The notes beneath the pieces are model-generated. The model ran no database searches. It saw only the letters and a list, made by a program, of their open reading frames with translations, and was not told the DNA's origin. A stretch of DNA of 44,632 nt from Pelomyxa schiedti (taxonomy: Eukaryota > Protista > Evosea): contig JAHLWZ010000928.1 in the NCBI GenBank assembly GCA_020536535.1, forward strand, positions 1 through 44,632. Direction: 5' to 3'. A program made the translations under genes and the position numbers. Shown here one piece after another: positions 1 through 9,994 of this stretch (the first letter of the stretch is position 1; each line of letters starts with the position of its first letter).

Positions 1-244
1 CGTCGCCGTCGTCGGCCCACGCTCTCAGGCAATCAGTTGCCAGCTGTGTGCTCGTCGCAGTCGACGCAGCGAGGGATTGCATCTCGGCTCTCCCTTCTCC
101 TTGCTGCTGATGTTGTACTCGCACTGTGCCGGCATCGTCACTGCTTTCGTCGGTCATCATCATCGTTTCCCAAAATTCATTTACAGGGCTCTGTGGTCTC
201 TGTAACAATTGACGGGAAGAGTGAGAAAATCTGAATGTTAGTCC

Positions 245-905
245 TCACAGTTGTTCGCTTGCAGGTTCCCGTGGTCCTACTACTGCTAAGTACGCAGCGT
301 GACCACTCTGAGGACCAACTATGCGATTCAGTCTCCTTTTTTTTTGTAGTTTGCCAACTTTTAACAGACTGTGTGGCGAGGTGTGATGGATTCCCTGCGC
401 CACAGACTGTTTCAAAGCCAGTAGCACAGTTGGTGCTCTTCGTTTCGGCTGAAGTTGCAGTCGGCCTTGGAAAGCTTGAGTGTCCTCATTATCTCTTGAC
501 CTCTTTCTTTACAGAATCACTGTGTGGAAAGCTTTGGACTGGCGATACAGTCATCAACCAACTCAAACTTTGTCAGCTTCCTCACCAGAATCTTTTTTCT
601 CTGCGTGCATCCACAGCAACAGTGGACGATGCCAACCACTTCACAACACTCATGTGGCCCTGATTCAGAGCAACCTGGAAAGGCTGGACCAACTCCCATT
701 TCTCACTTCCAGCACCAAACCTCAACATCACCCCCTTGACAACATCCAGGTTTCCTCCCCTACAAGCTTCAGACAACAGGCTTCCAGCAAGTCACTGTCA
801 TTCACGGGCCATGTCACTGAACACCTCCTCCAATGAGAGATCCATTCATCACAGAACCCAGTATTAGCAGCAGCATCAACACTGCCAGCAACAAGTTCCC
901 ATGCC
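245..905 (-). pseudogene. Degraded ankyrin-like repeat gene
   Basis: Fragments in different frames: ...WPVNDSDLLEAC / LSEACRGGNLDVVKGVMLRFG...PFQVALNQGHMSVVKWLAS / ELVDDCIASPKLSTQ*FCKERGQEIMRTLKLSKADC. ACRGGNLDVVK and ALNQGHMSVVKWL are ankyrin-type helix pairs. Frameshifts and stops are not explained by GT-AG introns. Boundaries approximate. Confidence 0.4.
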
Positions 906-1242
906 ATTCCAAAGTCACCCCCGAAATGAATTCACAATGTAAATCATCATTGCAATTAATTCAAACAAAAACGAACATTGACTTAGGGAAGACAAAAGTC
1001 ACTCCAGCACATGGTCCTCGGCCATGTAGTCGTCCCCAGACAGCCTCCGGTGATGTACAGGTTCGGTTTTGTTAGAGCCTAAGCTCAGGATACAGAAAGT
1101 ATCCTCTCTCTTTAAGAGATTAGAGATTTAAAAATATCGGGATGCAGATTGATGTGTGCCGGGAGACCTGACTCATCCCTTAAAAGCATACCCAACCGCA
1201 GTTCAAAAAACAAAACCAAGCCAACAAACAAGGGGCCGTGCC

Positions 1243-3369
1243 ATGGGAGACATTGGTAAATCCAGAAACCAAGAACACCAAGATCGTTCCCATCATCATC
1301 AGGAACCCACTAGCCGCAGCGTGATCGCGACCGCCCCCGCAAGATCCCGTAAGTCATCGCCTTCTCATCCCCAATGTTGGTGGCGGCCTTACCTTTCCCT
1401 GGGCGCCATCGAAGCCCGCCGTCGCGATCGCCGTCGCCGCACCTCCGCACCGCGACGACAAATCCTTCATTGCACCACGTCGCCAGCCCCGGCTCCTGCG
1501 TCGACGGCAGATGGCGTCGATCCCTTTATTTGTGATATTGACGTTTTGCCTGTGGCCGAGGAGGGAGCTGCAACGACTGAATCTACTACGCCGACGCCAA
1601 CGCGCACAGCGAGTACTGGAGATGGCCGGGATGAAATTGATGTTGTTGTGGGGCCGACGGCACCTGAATCGACGCGCACGACTACTACGTCAATTCCCGC
1701 AACTACGACTGGCGAAGCTGGAGGTGACGTGGAAATGAACGCGAAAACGGCATCGGAGCCGGCTCCGCAATATCTGGTGCAATCTTTGGTGGTGGAGGAG
1801 GAGAAGCCAGATTATGGGACTGAGGTGCCGCGTATGGTGTACTACCCCAAGTTCACGACTATTATCCACCGGAACCACCCAGATGACGTTTACTTTCCCA
1901 AGAGCATCAAGGTCCGTGAGTTCCTGAGTGCAAGTCATCAGTTCCTTGCTCTACTTATGTACGGGAGGCGTTCTACTTCTACTTCTACTTCTACTCCTAC
2001 TCCTACTTCTACTTCTACTTCTGTGACGTCATCACCAGCAACTGCGACTGAGGGGTGCGGTGTGCCAGCGCCATTATCATTCCCATCTAGTGGCATGAAT
2101 TTGGTGGCGAAACTGGTGTGGGAATACGCTTGTGTTGGAATGACAAGGAGATACTGCATCAAGGTGCCGGAGCGATGCAAAGCCGGTGCTGTTATGATCA
2201 CGTTTGGGCTGTCACCACTTGTTATGGGATTGACTGAGGGACCGAGGCGGTGGAACGGAGACAAGTGGATGCACCGCTTACTAGCACTCAACGAGAGCAG
2301 GGCCCTGATTGAATTCGGCACTCTTGACGACACCTGCTGGTTCAAAGTTGGGAGCATCACAGCCGGCGGTGATACTGCTCGTAGTTCTGCTGTTTTCCGT
2401 GCCGCTTCTCTTATTTGTAGTTCTGACGGTGATGATTATTGCTATGGTGATGCGCCTGGTGCGGCGTGTGAATCCAAGAAGGTCAAAAGGTTTATGCCCT
2501 CAGAGGATGGAATTTCCTTGGCTACTCAGAATAGAAAGTGGGCCGTGTTCTGTTCGGCGGATGGAGTGCTTACCATCGTGGACCTAGTTGGCCAACACTA
2601 TGACAAACAACAGAGCAACAGTATGGGCGAAGATTTAGACTCTGACCTATACTGTGTACGTGTTCCTGTTTCCCCGCCAGTGCCTGGCATGCGCTGCCGT
2701 GGATTGTTCCTCAGCAAAACAGAGCCGGATGCCGCTACACTTGCATTCCTCGAAAAACATCCGGTTGATGACAGCTGCATATTCGTTGCAGTGGACCTGG
2801 AGAAGACGTTTTCACTAAGGGTGTTTACTGTTTCTACATCAAGTAGCCCGCAGGTGTCTGGCGGTAACTGGGGGGCTTACGAGGTAACAGCTACTAAAGC
2901 CACAGGAGAACTATGTTTTATCTTTGGCAATACTCCTGATGTGGTGAATGGTGCTGATGCTGTTGAAGAACGCAGCGGTGGGAGTAACGACTTGAACAAC
3001 GCGAAATGCTTGATATTGAATCATGACGGTGCCGTGACACCTCTGAGCAAGTCACTGTTCTGTGTCTCCAAGCCGAACGGTTCATACTCAATCTGGGACT
3101 GCAACAACCTCACGAAGCCCGTTTGTTCAGAAGGCTCCAATCTACTGTCATCAGAGTTCGCGCGAGTTCGCGTTGTTGCAGAGAGCGGACTGCTATTTCA
3201 CGTCTACAAGGGACTCCACACCCAACATCTCATTCAGGTTACTTTTCCGTCATCCAACAGCTGTCAGCAACAAATTCCTGTTCTTTCTCTGGCACTCACC
3301 TTCTATGATGAAGCGGACGAATTCCGCCCTTTCTTTGAGGGAACTGCCTGCTGTTCATTCTTCTTGTAG
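1243..3369 (+). CDS. Intronless protein of a lineage-specific family (N-terminal helical motif plus predicted beta-rich C-terminal domain); paralogue of 30808 and 32386
   Basis: Single long ORF (track starts at GTG 1156, first ATG 1243). Shares QFLALLM, VAKLVWEY, VMITFGLSPL, NRKW, VAVDLEKTF, LSKSLFCVS and SIWDCNNLTKP blocks with the other two. Confidence 0.8.
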   Translation: MGDIGKSRNQEHQDRSHHHQEPTSRSVIATAPARSRKSSPSHPQCWWRPYLSLGAIEARRRDRRRRTSAPRRQILHCTTSPAPAPASTADGVDPFICDIDVLPVAEEGAATTESTTPTPTRTASTGDGRDEIDVVVGPTAPESTRTTTTSIPATTTGEAGGDVEMNAKTASEPAPQYLVQSLVVEEEKPDYGTEVPRMVYYPKFTTIIHRNHPDDVYFPKSIKVREFLSASHQFLALLMYGRRSTSTSTSTPTPTSTSTSVTSSPATATEGCGVPAPLSFPSSGMNLVAKLVWEYACVGMTRRYCIKVPERCKAGAVMITFGLSPLVMGLTEGPRRWNGDKWMHRLLALNESRALIEFGTLDDTCWFKVGSITAGGDTARSSAVFRAASLICSSDGDDYCYGDAPGAACESKKVKRFMPSEDGISLATQNRKWAVFCSADGVLTIVDLVGQHYDKQQSNSMGEDLDSDLYCVRVPVSPPVPGMRCRGLFLSKTEPDAATLAFLEKHPVDDSCIFVAVDLEKTFSLRVFTVSTSSSPQVSGGNWGAYEVTATKATGELCFIFGNTPDVVNGADAVEERSGGSNDLNNAKCLILNHDGAVTPLSKSLFCVSKPNGSYSIWDCNNLTKPVCSEGSNLLSSEFARVRVVAESGLLFHVYKGLHTQHLIQVTFPSSNSCQQQIPVLSLALTFYDEADEFRPFFEGTACCSFFL
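1972..2022 (+). repeat. (TCTACT)n hexamer microsatellite encoding STSTSTPTPTSTSTS
   Basis: Directly visible tandem repeat with a few T>C variants, inside the 1243-3369 ORF. Confidence 0.9.
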
Positions 3370-3511
3370 TTGGAAAAATAAAACTGCTTGTTGAAATGGA
3401 AATATTTTTTTGTCTAGACATTAATTCCACAACGAAAAATTGTTTTTTTCCTCTAGGCAATTCCTATGGCCTGTGCTCAAAGTGAAAAAAGTGGTTGAAA
3501 GAAGGGAGACG

Positions 3512-6500
3512 TTACTTGGTGCCCTCTTCTTTCTTCTGAGCACTGCGGGATTCAGGCCATGGATCCTTTGTGAAACTCCGCCAGCAGCTCTGACAAGTCC
3601 CGTGCTGCTCAATTTTCCTATCATGCATAATAGGGGTTTTCCGCATGTTGTTGAACTGGAATATCTCCTGGCAGTAATCGCACTCGTACTCGGTTGTGTC
3701 CGTATCCTCTGGGTCAGCCTCCTCCTCCTTGGCCGATTCTTCCCCGTCGGATTCCTCCGATTCTGAGTGCTTGGCTTTTTCAGCTTCGCCGTCAGCTTCG
3801 GGGTTCTCCTCTTTGATGAAGTCGGGAATTGCAAACGCGGAGTTGTCGTCGTCGATGTTGACTTCTCCGGGTTGTGCCAGCTTCATTATCTTGTTCTTCT
3901 CGCATAGTGTAGCTTCTTTCTTCAGTCTTGCGGACCGGGCTTCTGCCATTTGTGCCATGTGAGCGCGCTTGGTTTTTAGGTAGTGGTGCCATTGCTTGGT
4001 CAAGTTTTCGTGTGCAAGTACCCAGTTTATTTTCACTTTAGTGTCAGCGAAATGCGGCTCCTCTTCATTGACAATCAAGGTCTCTATTTGTGGTTCAGGT
4101 AGACTGGTCTTGATTTCTGATTTCTGGGGAGATGCACTAGGTTTCTCGGTCTTTTCACTCTCCGGTTCCGCAGGTTTTTCAATCTTTGCTTTAGGTGCTG
4201 GTTTTTTTGTCTCTTCTTCTTCTTCTTCCTCCTCCACTTCCTCTTCAACTTCCTCCTCCTCTTCTTCCTCTTCCTCTTCCTCTTCCTCCTCTACTTCCTC
4301 ATATTCGACTTCTTCACCGTCTTCTCCCTCTTCCCCTTCTTCAACTTCTACAATTTCCACCTCTTCTTCCACTTCTTCCACTTCTTCTACTTCTTCTTCT
4401 ACTTCCTCCTCTGCCTCTTCTGCTTTCTGCACGTCGGCTGGGTTTACTCGTTTCTTGTATTTCCGCCTGGCAATAGCTAAAGCCATTTCCAACTGGTTAA
4501 GTTTACTTTCCCCAGTGATAATGTTCCTCTGTCGTCTGCTAAGGAAGTCAACCCTTGGATCCACAAGCTTGAAATAGCTTTAGTTCATTTGTTTTTGATT
4601 TGCTTTGAAAAATACCCAAGGAAGGGCAGGCATTATAAGCTTGAAGAGTCTGCAAAAAGCCAGACTTTCTTGTCTTGCCGTTTCAATTTGAAGGCTCATT
4701 TGTAAATTTCTCTTTTTTGAAGAGAGACGTACAAAATCCTACAAAATTGTTAGGTATTAAAGATGTGATGAAAGAAAAACTTTAGCAAGCCTAAACGCTT
4801 CCAATACTAATCGGTCATAGGTCTGTGACCCAAGCCAAACATATAATGTGTTCCAGGCATCCACAAATGCAACTCGTCGTTCATCAAGATCTGCAGATGT
4901 GGGATTTGCTGTTGTGACCTCCGCCATCTGAATGAGAACTGAGTGAGTGTGAATAAAAATGCTAAGCATTTTACCTGCAAAATGTGTGACTCAAACCACA
5001 CGTGAATAATGCGTATGGGATAGGAGCCTATGTTGCGCATAGTTGGCTCAATCAGGTCCACACCACCGAGTCGCTCCCAGAACTCTAAGTAGAAAAAGCC
5101 CTCTTCAAAAACAATAGAATTCCGCCCGTTCTTAATGTGTGAATGAAGAAGTATTTTGAGGTTGGTAATACCTCTAACTTTCGAGAAACTCTTATTGCAG
5201 CCATTCGGGAAATGTGGGGACAGTTCTTTCCCATCCACAAAAACAAAGTTTTGGGAGTAACTAATGCAAAGCAGTCACGACTGTCAAGCAAATCTGCTCG
5301 CTAGAAGATTTTTTGAGTGTAAAACGCACATAAGATAGGACGTTATATACCACGTCTATTTCAACTGCCCTCACTATTGTCCCGCGCATGTAGATGTGAT
5401 ATAACCTTGTAAGTTTGGGTGGATCATCAAACTCTCCCTGTTGTTGGTTAGAGTTAGTTCCCTGTAAACTGTGATGATGAATCTACCTTGTGGATTACGA
5501 TCACATCCTTAAAGTGATGCATAAATCGCTCAGGCTCCTTCAACATATGAACACGTTCCTAAACGAAGTTAAGGTACTACTTAATCCTAAAATGAAGAGA
5601 AATAATAACTTGAATGAGCTGTCCTGGAGAAATATCAATTAACTTGGCGGATAAAATTGGAGCTAACTCCAATAAAAATGAAGGATACCAGAGATGGGAG
5701 CACTCTTGTCCTTCCCTAAAAAAAAAGGAGGCAAGATTAGGAAGAGTGAAAAGTAAAGGGGTTAGAACCAGAAGAATATGGTTGTACACCAGGAATCCCG
5801 TTCATAGTCCCATGCGCGATTTATTATTATATAACAGTTGCCGCTGTAGAATTGTCCGAAATCCAGGGGTTTCAGTTTCATGAAGGACAAGTCAAGTCCT
5901 ATCATCACACATACCTTTTTGATTCCTTAGGAGCGAAAAAAAACGAATTCACATACATCCAAATCGCTGAATTCCTGTCCAGCCGGCAAGTCTCCACTGG
6001 CATCCCTGATTTCCAACGGAACACCGGGTGAGGGTGGCATGCCTGTGACTAGTGCTATCACTGATGGTACTTCGGTGACTAATCTCATTCCTGTGTTTTG
6101 GTTTTTACTTCCTGTTAGTGGGAAGGTTGGGGAATTTGCAAGTTTGAGAACCGCTGATAGCCGCCTTGATGTTTGGTCGTTGAACCAGAAAAGGAAGAGA
6201 TTTGTGTCTTTCAAAGCGTGAAGGTTTCGTAGTTACAGTTGCAAGTGATCCTATACTACTTGAGGTGTCTGGAGGCCCTGGCTCTGCTGCTTCTGGTCTT
6301 GGCTGGTCACTGATAATCGCGGCAGATTGCACTGGTTTGTGTACTGGGCCTTCACGGGCCTTTCCACCATATATGGTCAATGCCCAGTCAATAAAGTGGC
6401 ATTTGAACTCCCAGGACTCGGCACCTTCAAGCTCAACTGGATGGAGTGTTATTCCTTCTCGAGCACCGAATTTCTTGAGTTTTGATCAGAAAGAATTCAA

Positions 6501-8861
6501 AAAAGGAAGGCATTTGTGACTAATTACCTTGCCCAATCCCACGGTCTTGTTCCTCATCAAATGGGGAGTTTTTTGTCCAATCCAGACATATACATCAGGG
6601 TTGCAAAATAAAATGTAGCTCTTATCGTCTCGTAGAAGTGATAATCGCATGGGCTGACCTTGACATACTTTTGTGGGGGTATAACTACCTTCTTTTGCAA
6701 CGATCCTAGTAGAAACGTGAGAACCAATAGGGCTGTTGCTGCTTAGCATACGTAAAGAGAGTACCAAAGAGCCTGTTTAAACGATCTTGATCAGTTTCTT
6801 CCTCCTCTTCTTCCTCCTCCTCCCCTTCTGCCCCTTCCTCATCCTTTCCTTCCTCCCCTTCCCCTTCCTCCCCCTCCTCATCCTCAGCCTCCGCCTCCGC
6901 CTCACTCTCGGCATCCTCTTCATCCCCCTCTTCCTCATTTTCCGGTTTCTTCTCAACAACAGTTGCTGAATCTACAGTTGGGGTAGGTTTTGCAGTCTCT
7001 TTCATCATATCAGGTTTTTTCGAGGTCTTTGGGGTTTCTTCTTCCTCTCCTTCCTCTTCCTCTTCCACCTCCACTTCTTCCACTTCTTCAATTTCTTCCA
7101 CTTCCTCTACTTCTTCTACCTCTTCCACCTCCTCGACTTCCTCTTCCACTTCTTCCTCATCCTCATCTCCCTTAGACTTGGGGGCACCTACTTTCTCTTT
7201 TCCTTTCTCCTCTGCCTTGGCATGCTCTGCTTCTTTACCATCACCTTCCTCCCCGTCTTCTCCTTCCTCCCCCTCTTCTCCTTCTTCTCCTTCTTCACCC
7301 TCTTCTCCTTCTTCCTCATCTTCATCATCTTCCTGATTGTTTGAATAGGCGTGAGACATGGGGAAAAATACTAAACATTTACCTCTCCAAAAGCTCTCTC
7401 TTTGATTTTCTGGCAAATCACTTTGTCTGGGAGCTTTTCTTTCAGTCCAAGAAACGCAAAAAACTTGTGGAACTCAGGATCACACTCTAAGTGCCTTTGA
7501 GCTTGAGATCGAATTTTAGCCATTACACACTGGTGATAATTGTCGACCCATAATGCTTGTAGGCTCTTGCAGCATGTGCAGCATACAAGCATCGGCTGAT
7601 GTGGAAAGGATCGACTTGATCTGACCACCATGCATAAAGCTGCTTCCCAACTGCGTCATCAAGAATGTAAGTATCATCGAGTGTAAGGGCTGCCATCTTG
7701 GGTTTGGCCTAAGAGAGGGGATAAGCAAGGAAAAAGTAAGTCAGTTGTGTTACCCTGCAAAAAGAATAAATCTTTCGGCCCATATAAACGAAACGGTGAA
7801 GGGCGAGCTTTATTGGAGGCACTTCCTCCCAATGCTTTAAAAGTGGTTCCGTGCCTGATCCATCCTCATATTCCAGTGGATATGTTTATGGTATGTTAAG
7901 GATCGCAGTTCAGTTAAAGGATTATTAAAGTTTTTCCAAATTCAGGATATGCAATCTTCACCCTCTTCAAAAGCCTTGAGAAAGTGGGCAGACTCCGCAC
8001 CTTCTTCCTGTACTGTGGTAAGTTCATGTGCAACGGGAATGGAAAAAACTCACCTCACGAATCATTTTAGCATGGTTACCCAGGCACATTTTAAGTGCAC
8101 AGGCGTGAATTGCAAGAAAAGCTTGCTTTTCCTTACCAAATATGTAAAAAAAAAGTAAGGGACAGATAATACGCACAAGGGATGCCTTTTTACCAACCCA
8201 GTAGTACAACAAAATTGTTCCAGCATCTTTTCCAGGCTGGAACCCAAACATTAGGCATTACCATGTGTTGCAAAGCAAAGCACTACCATTAGAATAAGGT
8301 ATGCATCTCCAGAACAAAATTTCCCACGTTCATCATCCTCCAGCCTTCTCACACCATTTTTCTCTATTTGCCAAATTCGAATTTCTGATATGTCAGATAT
8401 ATTCCTTGAAATAAGAGTAAGACAAAGACTGAAGCAAAAATAACTATTGGGAAAAACCTACCTATCAGTATTCGATGACATTTCAAAAAGGTCTTCAAAG
8501 TGCAGTTTGTCAGTCTTTTGATTTAACGTGAGTATATTGAGCAAGTCAGCTTTTTCTGTGGCTTGCAGCAATTCAGCCGATTGTCCAATCTAAAATGATG
8601 GGAACAAACAAACGTCAGTCAACCAGTACACACCCCAAGGAAGCAAATTATGGGTCGTGGTGAGGGGAGGCGGCAACAAAAAAAACAAAACAAAAAAAAC
8701 CCATAAGTGAATGTACACACGTAATTGGACGCTCCGCCTTTTGTCAAGGCACCCAACAGGAAATTGGCTGCGTTGTCCTGCTCCGAGTGGTCCTTCTTCT
8801 TGTTCTTTTTGGCATCCTTTCGTTTCGGCCGTGCAATGTTGGTGAACTTGAGTGCCTTCAT
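3512..8861 (-). CDS. Gelsolin/villin-family actin-binding protein: six gelsolin repeats, Glu-rich inserts, C-terminal CxxC...CxxC tail; multi-exon
   Basis: Spliced translation gives G1 IRIWQIEKNGVRRLEDDERGKFCSGDAYLIL...LLYYWVGKKAS, G2 LTLDDTYILDDAVGKQLYAWW...ECDPEFHKFF, G3 LRDDKSYILFCNPDVYVWIGQKT, G4 DFGQFYSGNCYII...TIFFW, G5 LDSRDCFALVTPKTLFLWMGKNC and G6 DLDERRVAFVDAWNTLYVWLGSQ. ATG at 8861, last exon ends at the stop at 3512. Confidence 0.85.
4205..4425 (-). repeat. Glu-rich low-complexity (GAA/GAG)n coding tract
   Basis: Encodes EEEVEEEVEEVEE...EEGEEGEDGEE within the last exon of the gelsolin-like gene. Confidence 0.9.
6797..7335 (-). repeat. Glu/Gly-rich low-complexity coding tract
   Basis: Encodes (EEG)n and (EEV)n runs between gelsolin repeats 2 and 3. 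Confidence 0.9.
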
Positions 8862-9267
8862 CGGTTACTTAATTCCAAACTTCCAACAGGTGAGAGTCGA
8901 GGATCCTTTCGGCCGCGACACTACGACGAAAAATTTTGCTGTTTCGTTTCGGAGACCAATGAAGGAGCATTTCAGAAGAAAACGGAACCAGAACCTCACC
9001 TGCTCGAAATTATCCAAGCAGTCAAGCAGGGAACTACTGCCAAATGGTCGTTGGAAGTCAGGTAGACTTTGGGAATTGAAAAAAAATTCAAAGTAAAAAA
9101 AAATGGTCCCTGGGCGTGGTGGAGACTGGTTTCGTATTTCCATGCTTTATAAGTAGATCTCTCTTTGTCTGGGTGGCTATATCGTATAGCGTTGTCATCT
9201 TCAAGTGCCATTGTAACAACAGCAAACGCAAACTCGCATCAGTATCGCAAGATCTGCAACATCAACA

Positions 9268-9894
9268 ATGCGTGGCTTCACTGTTGTGGCGTTTCTCGTG
9301 GTGGCTTCATTGGCGTGTGCTTGGGCCGACGGCGACAAGAAGAAATGGAGTATCACTCTGCGCAACGTTGTTGGCGACAAGGACGAGGAGTGCGACACGC
9401 TTCTTGCATCTGTCACGTTCCAGTTTGACGAGGACTACATTGACTGGGAAAGGCCCGACGACTACGAAGATGATAGGCAACATGGAGACCACAAGGAAGA
9501 GTGGGAAGGCCGCGGCGACCACAATGACCAAGAGGAGTGGAAAGAGAAGTGGCGCGAAGATGACGAGGAACAAGCGGAGATCAAGTGCGGCTGCGAGCAC
9601 AAGTTCGAGCCGAAGATGCCTTGGGATGGTGTGTGTTTTGGCTGGCATTTTGCGTACTGTTTTTCTATTTGCTAACAGTATGTTCCACAGGAAAGAAGTC
9701 GTGCAAGGGCAAAGTGAAGGTTGTTAATGCACACGATGAATACTTTGAACAAGAGATTGAGGTATCATAATAACGTTGCATCCACTGGTTTGCTAACTTT
9801 GTTTCAGGATCCTGAGGAGTACAAGTACGAGGTTCACAGGCGCGTTTTCCCTGACAACCAACACTCCATTTTCCTCCGTGGCTTTATGCATTGA
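9268..9894 (+). CDS. Small secreted acidic protein of unknown function (3 exons)
   Basis: Signal peptide MRGFTVVAFLVVASLACAWA. Two GT-AG introns give ...KMPWD/GKKSCKGKVKVVNAHDEYFEQEIE/DPEEYKYEVHRRVFPDNQHSIFLRGFMH*, stop at 9892-9894. Confidence 0.7.
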
Positions 9895-9994
9895 GTGCAA
9901 GTTGTTCAACACCACAGACCAAATAAAACAAACTTTTTTCATTGTTACCTTTGTGGTACCTTCCTTAGGGAGAAAAGTTCATTAAATTCACTTG

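Noticed and set aside
245-905. TGA readthrough or alternative genetic code suggested by in-frame stops
   Set aside because: Frameshifts accompany the stops, and intact genes (RPL38, HECT ligase, A-T-R) end in TGA normally.
3996-4577. Ser-rich and Leu/Pro-rich plus-strand ORFs (also 4195-4476, 6787-7175)
   Set aside because: Antisense shadows of the Glu-rich coding tracts.
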